From IMG/VR virus record IMGVR_UViG_3300028412_000003: a stretch of 64,000 nucleotides of DNA; one strand, 5' to 3'. The translations under genes and the position numbers were made by a program. Source of the stretch: a virus (Duplodnaviria; Caudoviricetes). The notes under the pieces are model-generated. The model saw nothing but the letters and a program-made list of their open reading frames with translations, had not been told where the DNA came from and searched no databases. Position 1 is the stretch's first letter, and every line of letters begins with the position of its first letter. Shown piece by piece: positions 18,690 through 27,839 of this stretch.

Positions 18690-19403
18690 TTAAAGTCGAT
18701 TAAGGACTAGTGTCTTACCTTCGTTTTCAATAGTAAGTTTCTGTCCATATTTGCTAATATTATAATCTCCGAGGTATTTAGTAAGGTATATAATTTCAGC
18801 CCAGTCATTAAAATTAAGTGATTCGGTTATTGCCTCGTTCATTTCTACACTGTCGCCAAAATCAAGAACTCGAAATGATATAGGTTGAGAATATATTTTT
18901 CTTATAGTTAAGATATCATCCATTAATTCTATGCTATCAACAAATGAACGATTGAAAAAATTCTTATAATTATCCATAGTCGATTCGTTTATATTTAATA
19001 GGTAAGCATCTGGATCAGTTGGAATTTCTCCTTCTAACTCTTCTCTTGAAGCGTTGTTGCTTCTAAACTTTTTGTGATACCGAAATCGCCAATTATCTAC
19101 ATCTGCTAATTTACCAACACCGTCTAATATATCTACTATTTGATCAATTGCATCCTTTGTTCTTTCTAGTTCAACAAACACTCTGTATTTTGCATCTTCT
19201 TGCTCACCATCGGTTTCATCTGCATCCAAAACAAACTCATACCCACCTTCAATAAATCTTACTAAATCTTTTGCAGGGTCCTTATCTCTAACCACAAAAC
19301 TAATAGTTACGATATCCTTGTCGTCTCCCATCTTTGAAGAATAGGTATCTATTTCTATTACATTATGAACTAAACTACGAAGGTCCCCTTTTCTTAAACT
19401 CAT
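18690..19403 (-). CDS. Conserved hypothetical late protein
   Basis: 237-aa ORF coupled to the upstream gene. Confidence 0.7.
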   Translation of the reverse strand: MSLRKGDLRSLVHNVIEIDTYSSKMGDDKDIVTISFVVRDKDPAKDLVRFIEGGYEFVLDADETDGEQEDAKYRVFVELERTKDAIDQIVDILDGVGKLADVDNWRFRYHKKFRSNNASREELEGEIPTDPDAYLLNINESTMDNYKNFFNRSFVDSIELMDDILTIRKIYSQPISFRVLDFGDSVEMNEAITESLNFNDWAEIIYLTKYLGDYNISKYGQKLTIENEGKTLVLNRL

Positions 19404-19951
19404 TATATTGCACCTCTAATATCTTCTCCGGTCTCCATGTCGCCACCTATATCATCAGTCTGTGCAGCTTCAACATCAGCATCTTGTGCAACAGGTGCTG
19501 CTTCTTCTCTGGATTGAATTTCTTGATCAAGAATTTCTTTATGTCCGCTAAACACATCCTTCATCAATTTCTTTGGCATTTCAATTTCAACAATCCAAAC
19601 TTCTTTTCGATCCATCTTACCTTTTTTTGTACCGGGTCTTAAATCATTAGGGCTTTCAATCTTTCTTGGTATCATTAAACTTTCTTTAGCATATCTAACT
19701 TTACAATCATAATCAAGGAGTCGTTTTCCGCCCATTGGATCTGGCATCTTATCACGGTCCCACATGAACCCACAAGTGATCCAATATCTTTCAACTTTTG
19801 GTCCCATAGCAAGTTCGCCATCTTCCCAGTTTTCATAAACATATAAATCTAATTCATCTAACACTCTTTCAAAGTCTTTTAAAATTTGAAAAGAGTTAGG
19901 ATTTTCAGTTATGGTCTCAATATTTTTGAGTAAGTCAAGTATATCTTTCAT
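19403..19951 (-). CDS. Conserved hypothetical late protein
   Basis: 182-aa ORF under a late promoter; acidic tail. Confidence 0.7.
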   Translation of the reverse strand: MKDILDLLKNIETITENPNSFQILKDFERVLDELDLYVYENWEDGELAMGPKVERYWITCGFMWDRDKMPDPMGGKRLLDYDCKVRYAKESLMIPRKIESPNDLRPGTKKGKMDRKEVWIVEIEMPKKLMKDVFSGHKEILDQEIQSREEAAPVAQDADVEAAQTDDIGGDMETGEDIRGAI

Positions 19952-19971
19952 TTGAGTTCCTATCTTAAATG

Positions 19972-19979
19972 TATTTATC
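19972..19979 (-). promoter_or_regulatory. Late promoter GATAAATA
   Basis: Motif 20 nt upstream of the 19951 ATG, AGGA SD in between; divergent from the phoH promoter. Confidence 0.6.
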
Positions 19980-20023
19980 GTATAATGATTTATAAACTTC
20001 TAGTTTTACTCTTATTAATGATC

Positions 20024-20031
20024 GGTAAATA
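20024..20031 (+). promoter_or_regulatory. Late promoter GGTAAATA for phoH
   Basis: TAAATA at 20026-20031 followed by a hairpin leader and AAGGAGG SD. Confidence 0.55.
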
Positions 20032-20083
20032 TCATTGTAGGACTAAGAGATGTCCTACTTATATTTCCATAAGGAGGAAATTT

Positions 20084-20791
20084 ATGAGTGCAAAGAGGAA
20101 GGCCGCTCGCCAAGAACGGTTCTCAAACGTAGTGAATGTAGATTTTGAAAAGAAAAAAGAAGTAAAAATCTTACCAAGAAGCATACACCAAGAAGATTAC
20201 GTCCTCAAGCTACTTGATCCAGAAAAAAGCATAGTGTTTGGGATCGGACCTGCGGGAACGGGTAAAACCATGCTGGCTGTTTTGGCAGGGGTTAAGAAGT
20301 TTAAGGATGGTAACGTTGACAAGATTATTATTACTCGTCCAGCAGTTAATGCTGACGAAGATCTTGGATTTTTGCCAGGGACATTAGAAGAAAAAATGGC
20401 TCCATGGACAAGACCAATGTTTGATGTACTTCGAGATTATTTCACTGCACGTGATCTTCAAAGCATGATAGAAGAAGGTGTTTTAGAAATTGCACCACTT
20501 GCTTATATGAGAGGTAGAACTTTTAAAGATTCATTTATCATTGCAGACGAAATGCAAAACGCAACTCCAAGTCAAATGAAAATGCTATTAACTAGAATTG
20601 GTGAAAATTCAGAAATGGCAGTTACTGGAGACCTAGCACAAGCAGATCGACAGGCAGACAATGGATTAATTGATTTTATTACATTATTAAATCGACGCAA
20701 TACAAATTATATTGACATAGTTAAATTTACAGACAATGATATTGAAAGACATCAAGCTGTTAAAGAAGTATTAAACATATACGGTGATTAG
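20084..20791 (+). CDS. phoH: PhoH-family ATPase
   Basis: GPAGTGKT, ITRPAV, LGFLPG, YMRGRTF, IADEMQN, GDLAQAD; start at 20084 after AAGGAGG. Confidence 0.95.
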   Translation: MSAKRKAARQERFSNVVNVDFEKKKEVKILPRSIHQEDYVLKLLDPEKSIVFGIGPAGTGKTMLAVLAGVKKFKDGNVDKIIITRPAVNADEDLGFLPGTLEEKMAPWTRPMFDVLRDYFTARDLQSMIEEGVLEIAPLAYMRGRTFKDSFIIADEMQNATPSQMKMLLTRIGENSEMAVTGDLAQADRQADNGLIDFITLLNRRNTNYIDIVKFTDNDIERHQAVKEVLNIYGD

Positions 20792-20793
20792 AA

Positions 20794-20824
20794 TATATGG
20801 GGTGGGTTAATCCCACCCCATATA
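20794..20824. terminator. Bidirectional hairpin terminator between convergent phoH and sufT
   Basis: 13-bp perfect stem TATATGGGGTGGG / CCCACCCCATATA. Confidence 0.75.
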
Positions 20825-21109
20825 CATTCTAGTTTCTTCGGGAACCATGTCAATAGTAAACGGTGGTTCAAATGTGAGATCTATTTCACACGAGGTTGCT
20901 CCGGTGTCTTGCATACCTGCTTCTTTTATCATTTCCATAATAAATTCAGCAAAAGGACACATTGGACTAGTTAGTGTATGAGTGATCTTTAAGACGTCAT
21001 CGTTTGTTTCAATATTATATATTAATCCAAGATCGTAAACATTAACAGTTGGCATTTCAGGATCATAAACTTCACGAAGATTAGATATTACCTTTTCAAC
21101 ATCTATCAT
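20807..21109 (-). CDS. sufT: SufT/DUF59 Fe-S cluster assembly protein
   Basis: LREVYDPE...VYDLGLIY...TLTSPMCP...FEPPFT, the DUF59 signature. Confidence 0.88.
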   Translation of the reverse strand: MIDVEKVISNLREVYDPEMPTVNVYDLGLIYNIETNDDVLKITHTLTSPMCPFAEFIMEMIKEAGMQDTGATSCEIDLTFEPPFTIDMVPEETRMYMGWD

Positions 21110-21972
21110 ACTGCCATCTCTGCATTTATAGCCGAATGATGTTGATAATTTTCTAATTTAAAATCAGATGGAGTTAATTTCAATACATCTTCTAATGTTT
21201 CAAATTCTGGCATTATGAGTTTAGGTTCTTTGTATGGTTGCCGCGATAATTGTTCGTCAACTGCATCAAGATGGTTTTGATATATATGAACATCTCCACC
21301 ATTCCATATAAATTCTCCTACAGTAAATCCTGCAATCTTTGCTATGATATGGGTAAGCAAACTGTAACTAGCGATGTTAAAAGGAACACCTAAAAACAGA
21401 TCACAAGACCTTTGGTATAATTGACACGAAAGTTCGTTGTCTAATACATGAAACTGGAATAAACAATGACAAGGAGGTAATGCCATTAAATCAATTTGAT
21501 CCGGGTTCCAAGAAGAAACAATGTGTCTTCTACTATTTGGAGCAAGTTCAAGCGAATCAAGAAGTTTTGAAATTTGATCTACATGTCCCAACTTTGCATC
21601 CCAGTTTCTCCATTGACTACCATATACTGGCCCAAGGTTCTTATCTATATCATTATTGATATAACCAAGTGCTCTTCCTTGAGCATCTGCATTTGCAGTC
21701 CATATAGTATTCTTACCTATTAATTCACCTCTTGGTTTTCCATAGTGTATTTCAGCTAACCTACGTTCATCAGTAGAACCTTCAAGCATCCATAATAGTT
21801 CGCTTACAACACTCTTCCACGCTAATTTTTTAGTCGTAACTGCTGGGAATGTTTCTCGCAAATCAAATCTCATTTGATAACCAAAAACTGTTTTAGCCGG
21901 TATATCCGTTCTATTACTTCTCCATTTACCGTTGTCTCTTACATATTCTAAAGCCTTAAGATATTCTATCAT
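21106..21972 (-). CDS. thyA: Thymidylate synthase
   Basis: LGPVYGSQWR, MALPPCH, YQRSCDLFLGVPFNIASY, GDVHIY; start at MIEYL (ATGA overlap). Confidence 0.96.
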   Translation of the reverse strand: MIEYLKALEYVRDNGKWRSNRTDIPAKTVFGYQMRFDLRETFPAVTTKKLAWKSVVSELLWMLEGSTDERRLAEIHYGKPRGELIGKNTIWTANADAQGRALGYINNDIDKNLGPVYGSQWRNWDAKLGHVDQISKLLDSLELAPNSRRHIVSSWNPDQIDLMALPPCHCLFQFHVLDNELSCQLYQRSCDLFLGVPFNIASYSLLTHIIAKIAGFTVGEFIWNGGDVHIYQNHLDAVDEQLSRQPYKEPKLIMPEFETLEDVLKLTPSDFKLENYQHHSAINAEMAV

Positions 21973-22451
21973 ATTTTCTTTTTCTCCCATATTTCAAACG
22001 ATGCAGTCCTAACATCAGTTATTAATATTTTATTGAAATTTTTATCTATTATATTTAAATCAATAAAAGTATCAGCATCAAATTCACCAGGTATACGAGT
22101 TAGATAAAGTTGAGATATAACCGGTAATAGATTTTCAAATAAATGTGATCCTCCTATTACCCATATAATAAGATTTGGAAATTCTTCTTCCAAGTTCTTT
22201 ATTTCTTCTAACAAGTTTTTACCAATTACTCTAAATGCACCCTCATATATTTCTGGAGATTTTTTAGAAACTACTACATTCTTTCGATTTGGTAGAGGAG
22301 AACCAAGCCAAGTTTTAGACCCCATAACTACAATGTGTCCGGTTGTTTGGTCCTTAAACCAAGACATGTCTTCTTTATTCTTTGGCCACGGTAAACTTTT
22401 ATTTAGACCAATAGCACCTTTGTCATCACATGCTAGTATAGCTTTAATCAT
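21969..22451 (-). CDS. folA: Dihydrofolate reductase
   Basis: IGLNKSLPW, VVMGSKTW, PLPNRKNVVVS, WVIGG, ADTF. Confidence 0.93.
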   Translation of the reverse strand: MIKAILACDDKGAIGLNKSLPWPKNKEDMSWFKDQTTGHIVVMGSKTWLGSPLPNRKNVVVSKKSPEIYEGAFRVIGKNLLEEIKNLEEEFPNLIIWVIGGSHLFENLLPVISQLYLTRIPGEFDADTFIDLNIIDKNFNKILITDVRTASFEIWEKKKI

Positions 22452-23365
22452 TATATTCTTCCTAATTTAATTAGTGTTGCTGCAAGGTTGATCTCAGGAT
22501 CAACAACTAAAGTATGATCAACCAAACCTTGTTTAATTATAATAACGGCTTTATCTTGATTTTCTCTTTCACCAAATAATTCTATGTTATCATAAAGCCA
22601 TCGATAGATAACTTCCATTTCTTCAGGACGAACTCGACCACATAGCAATTTTCTTGCTTTGTATATTTCGCCCGCTTTAAATAAGTCTACCATTTCTATC
22701 ATCCAGTCTTGGCTACCAGTATCGGCTTGACTAGGTGATATTAATTTACCATCCGAACAGTTCATCTGTACCATATTAATACATTTTCTTAAATCTGGAT
22801 AGGTAGCTTTAACATATGTATCGAGTATATCTAGATCTGGATTAACTCCTTCTGATATAAGAATTTCTGCAACTCTGGCAGTAAATTCAGTTTGGTCTAT
22901 CTTTGAAATATGAAATCCTTGGCACCGTGAATGCAATGCAGGAATAACCCTATTTGGATAATTACATGTTAAGATAAATCTTGCCGTTGTGTGATATTCT
23001 TCCATAACTCCACGAAGTGCAGCTTGTGCATTTGGTGAAAGATAATCAGCCTCATCAAGTAAGACCACTTTAAAGTCACCAAAAGGAATCATTTGTACAA
23101 AACGTACGATCTTATCTCTTACATCTTCAACTGAGTTAGTTCTCGAAGCGTTTATCTCAAGTATGTCTAAATCATTCACTTCAAGTTCATTAAGCAAAAG
23201 TTTAGCAAGGGTAGTTTTGCCAATACCTGCATGTCCTGAGAAAAGCAAATGTGGAATACTCTTATCTTTAATCCAAGTATCTATTTGTTTTTTCTGGGCC
23301 TCATCTCGAAAGACATATCCCGTTGCTGTTTTTGGTCGATATTTTTCAGTCCATAATTCTTTCAT
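22451..23365 (-). CDS. Clamp loader subunit (gp44/RFC small subunit-like)
   Basis: LWTEKYRP, GHAGIGKTT, LLDEAD, AQAALR, LHSRC. Confidence 0.92.
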   Translation of the reverse strand: MKELWTEKYRPKTATGYVFRDEAQKKQIDTWIKDKSIPHLLFSGHAGIGKTTLAKLLLNELEVNDLDILEINASRTNSVEDVRDKIVRFVQMIPFGDFKVVLLDEADYLSPNAQAALRGVMEEYHTTARFILTCNYPNRVIPALHSRCQGFHISKIDQTEFTARVAEILISEGVNPDLDILDTYVKATYPDLRKCINMVQMNCSDGKLISPSQADTGSQDWMIEMVDLFKAGEIYKARKLLCGRVRPEEMEVIYRWLYDNIELFGERENQDKAVIIIKQGLVDHTLVVDPEINLAATLIKLGRI

Positions 23366-23616
23366 TTAGATAATAAATCTCCTACATGGTATAGTCTGCT
23401 CATTTCATCCACACAAACATAGATAGCTCCACTACTTTCGTCTACTGGAATTAACATAAATTGATAACCATTTTCTTCACAAACAGTTACAGATGCCTCG
23501 TATCTTAATTTTGATTTTTCAATATTATTAGGAATAAGAAGGAACACTGTATAAATTGCTACTAAAAAGAATGCAGATGAGAATATACACATAAATATGT
23601 TTTCCGGTCTCATCAT
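23362..23616 (-). CDS. Small membrane protein
   Basis: N-terminal hydrophobic helix; coupled ORF. Confidence 0.6.
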   Translation of the reverse strand: MMRPENIFMCIFSSAFFLVAIYTVFLLIPNNIEKSKLRYEASVTVCEENGYQFMLIPVDESSGAIYVCVDEMSRLYHVGDLLSK

Positions 23617-24146
23617 TTTTGTTCCATAGTCTGATAAGCTATCTGTACTGCTTTGGCTTGATAGTATGCATCTGCTAGTGCATTGTGTTCATTGGTTTGG
23701 ATACCCTTGCGCGGATCAATTCCCAATACTTTAAAAAGTGTTCTACTATCTAAAATTTGCCAAAATTGCCATGGAATGGGTTTTCCTACCATACGATACA
23801 TATCTTCAAGAATAGTCATATCAAATCCATATCCTTGCCCCCAAATAGTATTAGATCCCCATATCCATTTAGTAAGTTGATCAAGCCCGTCTTCTACGGT
23901 AACACGTCCATCAGGGTCAAATGCAGCAGCTTGTGCTTCTGGAGATTGTTTTGCCCACCATTCAATAGTGTCATCACTTACACTTCGTCCTAAATCACTT
24001 TGTTGATCAATATCAAACTTTAAGTAAAGTTCGCTGTGTGGCTCTTCAAGAGAGTTTGGATCAAATTTTACAGCACCTAATGTAAGAACGGTGCAATTTG
24101 GTTTGGTATCTAATGTTTCAAGGTCAATCATTGCGTGTTGCGGCAT
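23613..24146 (-). CDS. DEDDh 3'-5' exonuclease (DexA/Rv2179c-like)
   Basis: MIDLETL, FDMTIL, DSRTL, HNALADA. Confidence 0.88.
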   Translation of the reverse strand: MPQHAMIDLETLDTKPNCTVLTLGAVKFDPNSLEEPHSELYLKFDIDQQSDLGRSVSDDTIEWWAKQSPEAQAAAFDPDGRVTVEDGLDQLTKWIWGSNTIWGQGYGFDMTILEDMYRMVGKPIPWQFWQILDSRTLFKVLGIDPRKGIQTNEHNALADAYYQAKAVQIAYQTMEQK

Positions 24147-24315
24147 TCTTTTTCTTTCCTTCTGTTTCTTGGCCCATGCCAGCTATAATCAAGAGAATGT
24201 ATAGGATGGGCCAAGCCCATCCTATAATATATCCTGTTGCATGTAAAACCATTAGTGCAATACCTGTTGCACCAGTAGTACCTATACCTGTTAATTTATC
24301 TGTACTTAATCTCAT
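24124..24315 (-). CDS. Small two-helix membrane protein
   Basis: GIALMVLHATGYIIGWAWPILYILL; leaderless start after a promoter. Confidence 0.65.
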   Translation of the reverse strand: MRLSTDKLTGIGTTGATGIALMVLHATGYIIGWAWPILYILLIIAGMGQETEGKKKNAATRND

Positions 24316-24320
24316 GCTTT

Positions 24321-24348
24321 ATAATAGCGTAAATTTACAAAATGTCAA
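24321..24348 (-). promoter_or_regulatory. sigma70-type promoter TTGACA-N16-TATTAT, leaderless (AAAGC-ATG)
   Basis: -10 ends 5 nt before the ATG at 24315. Confidence 0.6.
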
Positions 24349-24875
24349 GTGATTAGATTTAGGTCTTTTAATTTTTCAAATATTTTATGTGGTGCGTTTA
24401 CATCACCGTCTACTGTTTCATATGACAAGTTTCTTGTCTTAAGAAATTCTATTAAATCTTGATCAATCTTTCGAGCACCATCTTCGTTTTGGTTTCTTCC
24501 AATCGGATTATATTTCTTAGTTCGGTTAATTAAGAAATTTGTATTTTCGTATTGATTCCAAAGTTCCATTAATAAGGGCTCATACGTGTCTGAAAGATAT
24601 CCGGGAAGAGCATAATGTACACCTAACAGCAAAGGACTATCGGTAATTACTAAATCCATATTATGATTTAACAGTCGAGAGAGCCTTCGGTTCTGTTTTG
24701 CCGTAACATAAATTTGGTCGTTTAATATATTATGACGACCTTCCCAAGTCATGTCTTTAGCATATTCGGTTACTAATTCTACATTATAATCATTAGTCTT
24801 AAGTAAATAGAAAAGACCAGACGCAGTAGTAGATTTTCCAGCACCTGGTCCAGCCCAAAGATTAATAACTTTCAT
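24345..24875 (-). CDS. P-loop NTPase (AAA_28/NadR-kinase-like)
   Basis: AGPGAGKST, LVTEYAK, VITDSPLL. Confidence 0.75.
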   Translation of the reverse strand: MKVINLWAGPGAGKSTTASGLFYLLKTNDYNVELVTEYAKDMTWEGRHNILNDQIYVTAKQNRRLSRLLNHNMDLVITDSPLLLGVHYALPGYLSDTYEPLLMELWNQYENTNFLINRTKKYNPIGRNQNEDGARKIDQDLIEFLKTRNLSYETVDGDVNAPHKIFEKLKDLNLIT

Positions 24876-25558
24876 TATTTTCGTTCTCCTAATAGGTTCA
24901 TCAACATCTGGAAAAGATTGATAAAGTTTAGATATAGATTGATTGCAACATCATATACGCCTTTATCTTGCTCTTCACCCGAAGTCTTAGAATAAATTTC
25001 TTTTGCATATTGCACATCCCAAGCAGTTAATCCTGTAAAGATAACCACTCCTGATATGCTGATAATAAACATCAACATAGAAGATCCAAGAAAAATATTA
25101 ACAATACTTGCGATGATAATTCCAATTAACCCAATGACTAAGAAAGATGCCATTGCAGTTAGATCTCGTTTAGTGGTATAACCATATATACTTGCAGATC
25201 CAAAAACTGCCGAAGTAATAAAAAATACTTGAGCAATACTTACACCGGTATAAAGCATAAAGATGCTTGCCATACTAACACCCATGACAGCGGTAAAAAT
25301 ATAATAAAAAGCCTTTATTCCATTAAGGCTCATACTTTGTCTACCTAGGAATGAATACCAAAGTATCATTCCTAGAGGAGCAAACATAGCTATCCATATT
25401 AATGGGGTTCCAAAGACAAGACTGGAAATTGCAGGTACAGATGCAACTATCCATGCAATTAATCCGGTAATACCAACTCCGATTGCAGTTTGATTAAATA
25501 GATTAATCATAAATTGACGCAATCCTTCGTCATACGTAATTGTTTGTGATGTGTTCAT
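24875..25558 (-). CDS. yccA: Bax inhibitor-1/YccA family membrane protein
   Basis: About seven TM helices; YDEGLRQFM, YGYTTKRDL, LTAWDVQ, AINLYLNFINLF. Confidence 0.9.
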   Translation of the reverse strand: MNTSQTITYDEGLRQFMINLFNQTAIGVGITGLIAWIVASVPAISSLVFGTPLIWIAMFAPLGMILWYSFLGRQSMSLNGIKAFYYIFTAVMGVSMASIFMLYTGVSIAQVFFITSAVFGSASIYGYTTKRDLTAMASFLVIGLIGIIIASIVNIFLGSSMLMFIISISGVVIFTGLTAWDVQYAKEIYSKTSGEEQDKGVYDVAINLYLNFINLFQMLMNLLGERK

Positions 25559-25968
25559 TCTGAATCTCCATGATATTTACTGACCATATTTGTATATAAA
25601 TCAGTCATTGGTTGCACACTTAAAATTTCTTTTGCTAATATTTCTGGATTATAAAGTGCTAACCTACGTTGACATGAGTCAAGATACTGATCATATGATA
25701 ATCCAAGAAGTGCAAGATGACTATGATATTTTTTCCAGTCTTCACGCAGTCTATATTTAGCAAGTGACGAGTCTCGAAGTTCAGCATTGAGATACCATTC
25801 TCCGGGACTCATTGGTATTGTTATAAAATGATTTTCACTTAATGAGGCTTTTATATTTTCAAAAGCCTGCCATTCTTTAGAGGTCGCCCTCTTTTCGATT
25901 TTCACTTCGGTAGATGTCGAAGGTTCCGCCTGGATACCGGCTTTCAAGTTTCTTGACATTTTCTGCAA
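25555..25968 (-). CDS. Hypothetical protein (start uncertain)
   Basis: ORF fills the gap between mazG and yccA; its N-terminal part overlaps mazG. Confidence 0.45.
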   Translation of the reverse strand: MQKMSRNLKAGIQAEPSTSTEVKIEKRATSKEWQAFENIKASLSENHFITIPMSPGEWYLNAELRDSSLAKYRLREDWKKYHSHLALLGLSYDQYLDSCQRRLALYNPEILAKEILSVQPMTDLYTNMVSKYHGDSE

Positions 25969-26284
25969 TTACTTCATTAGGATCAAGGTTAAGTGCTCGA
26001 CAAGAATTAATCCAGTACCAAATAATATCGCCCAACTCTCTTTTAAGATGGTAGACAGTTGCGTCATCCATAGGCTTACCTTGAAATGCACACTTTTTAA
26101 CAATTTCACTGAATTCTCCTCCTTCACTAGCGATACCGCTAGAACCTGTTAACAATAAAGCTATATTAACAGTTTTATCGAGTTCCTGCAACCTGGTTGT
26201 TAATGATTCTAAATTATTAGATTCATTTGAAGTTACTTCTTCTACAAATTCTTTATACCTGTTTAAATCTATTTTATCAGTCAT
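25877..26284 (-). CDS. mazG: MazG-like nucleotide pyrophosphohydrolase
   Basis: EGGEFSEIVKK, ELGDIIWY, NVKKLESRYP; start MTDKID. Confidence 0.88.
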   Translation of the reverse strand: MTDKIDLNRYKEFVEEVTSNESNNLESLTTRLQELDKTVNIALLLTGSSGIASEGGEFSEIVKKCAFQGKPMDDATVYHLKRELGDIIWYWINSCRALNLDPNEVIAENVKKLESRYPGGTFDIYRSENRKEGDL

Positions 26285-26636
26285 AATCAATGGCCTTAGT
26301 TGGGTAGTCAGTTGGTTTTTCTTCACTTGTGCTTGCAAGCATTATCGACTTAGCTTCTACCATTCTTAATGTAATTTTAGAGCCGTCTTCTTCATTAAAC
26401 ACTACTCCTCGAGTCCACCTACCGTGTTCTACAAGAACCCAATTACCAACTTGGTATTCGTCTTTGTTAGTGGGTCCTTTTGCATAAACCTTACCCCAAC
26501 GTGGTTTTATTCCTTCGCTTTTACCGTCGTCTGAACGAAGTACAAGTCCTGATTTGGTTATTTGCTCACCAAATTCCATGTCTTGAACGATAACTCTGTC
26601 TTTAACAGGTCTTAGTCTTCCTGTAAATTTCTGCAT
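26277..26636 (-). CDS. groES: GroES/gp31-like co-chaperonin
   Basis: LRPVKDRVIV, TKSGLVL mobile loop, GKVYAKGP, VGNWVL; start MQKFTG. Confidence 0.85.
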   Translation of the reverse strand: MQKFTGRLRPVKDRVIVQDMEFGEQITKSGLVLRSDDGKSEGIKPRWGKVYAKGPTNKDEYQVGNWVLVEHGRWTRGVVFNEEDGSKITLRMVEAKSIMLASTSEEKPTDYPTKAIDYD

Positions 26637-26637
26637 A

Positions 26638-27057
26638 TTACTTCCTTGTAAAATTTCCGTCTTCGTCTTCTTCCCATTCAGCTTCTTCTGCGGCTGTAGG
26701 AGCATCAACTGTTTCTGCAACAGCTTCTTCTTTCTTTGATCTCTTCTTAGAGCGATTAGGTGTATCCTCAGTAAGAAGATTTTTATCCTCTAGGAATCTC
26801 TTTTCGATATGTTCTTTTTTAGAACCGGAAGAAATTTCATCCGGTACTAGACCTTCTTGACTTGTGTAGTAGTCTCTCATTACATCTTCGCGTTTTCGAA
26901 TTATCTTTCCGCCGGGTCCAATTTCGTCTCCGCGTGCGTTAACACGTTGGTTACCAACTGCTAATGTTAATTCATTACGCTTGCGAAGCATATCCATATC
27001 AATAGTTTTTCCATTTGCTGTTCTGTGTGTTCTTCTTTGAGATTCTTTTGCTGGCAT
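26638..27057 (-). CDS. Conserved hypothetical late protein
   Basis: GKTIDM...VGNQRVNARGDEIGPGGKII; GGAGG RBS; late promoter variant upstream. Confidence 0.7.
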   Translation of the reverse strand: MPAKESQRRTHRTANGKTIDMDMLRKRNELTLAVGNQRVNARGDEIGPGGKIIRKREDVMRDYYTSQEGLVPDEISSGSKKEHIEKRFLEDKNLLTEDTPNRSKKRSKKEEAVAETVDAPTAAEEAEWEEDEDGNFTRK

Positions 27058-27077
27058 TTAAAATGTCCTCCTATTTT

Positions 27078-27085
27078 TACTTATC
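27078..27085 (-). promoter_or_regulatory. Late promoter variant GATAAGTA
   Basis: Motif 20 nt upstream of the 27057 ATG with GGAGG SD. Confidence 0.5.
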
Positions 27086-27596
27086 TCAGGAACTCTTTCC
27101 AGTCCAGGTTATACTGGATTGGATTAATCTTATGAATTCCTATAAGGAATAAGACAAAGCTCGCAACAGAGCTACCTCGTCCTACACCCCAAATTATTTT
27201 TTCTTTTCGCATAAATTCTACAAGATATAATAAAAATTGAAGTAATGGTATCATATCTCTTTTTTTAAATTCTTCATATTCTTCTTTAACTCGTTCTTCT
27301 TGATCTTTGTTTTCACATAAAGATAAGCAATAGGTTAAAATATCTTTGTTTTTATATTCTTCTGGAATAAACCAAATAGATTGTAAATTAGAATCAAATT
27401 CTTCAATCGTGCAATCTTGAGGCTGATACAACCTCAATTGGTCTGTACCTAATGACTTTGCAGAATCGTTGTATTCTTTTATTTCTTTGCACTGTTCAAA
27501 GACCATATTAGGTACGGACTCTATCTTTCCTTGATAGAGTGTATCAATAATTTCGTTAAATGAAAAGCAAAGAACACCAAATTTGTCAATCTTCAT
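27081..27596 (-). CDS. Stand-alone DnaE (Pol III alpha) palm fragment lacking the catalytic aspartates
   Basis: WGVGRGSSVASFVLFLIGIHKINPIQYNLDWKEFLR* aligns to DnaE GPGRGSAAGSLV.Y.LGIT.IDPL.Y.L.FERFL and stops before PDID. Confidence 0.75.
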   Translation of the reverse strand: MKIDKFGVLCFSFNEIIDTLYQGKIESVPNMVFEQCKEIKEYNDSAKSLGTDQLRLYQPQDCTIEEFDSNLQSIWFIPEEYKNKDILTYCLSLCENKDQEERVKEEYEEFKKRDMIPLLQFLLYLVEFMRKEKIIWGVGRGSSVASFVLFLIGIHKINPIQYNLDWKEFLR

Positions 27597-27602
27597 GCTT
27601 TT

Positions 27603-27631
27603 ATTTTAGCTTATATTTATTAATCCGTCAA
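27603..27631 (-). promoter_or_regulatory. sigma70-type promoter TTGACG-N17-TAAAAT, leaderless (AAAAGC-ATG)
   Basis: -10 ends 6 nt before the ATG at 27596. Confidence 0.6.
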
Positions 27632-27839
27632 GTGAATCATCGTCTTTTTCTTGCATTTTTTTGAGTGCTAAAGATTGTCGACGTCTGCCTTCTTCTTCGT
27701 AATCCTGTAATGCGTTTATAAGTTGAGCTTGTACTTCTGGGTTTCTCACCATAAAGACTTTTCGACGAATGTCTCGAGTCTTTTCATCTAGATCATTGTC
27801 AGTTAATTTAGATAAATCTCCAACTAGCGGATGCATCAA
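27606..27839 (-). CDS. Small coiled-coil hypothetical protein
   Basis: 77-aa ORF coupled to the upstream structural gene. Confidence 0.65.
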   Translation of the reverse strand: MMHPLVGDLSKLTDNDLDEKTRDIRRKVFMVRNPEVQAQLINALQDYEEEGRRRQSLALKKMQEKDDDSLDGLINIS

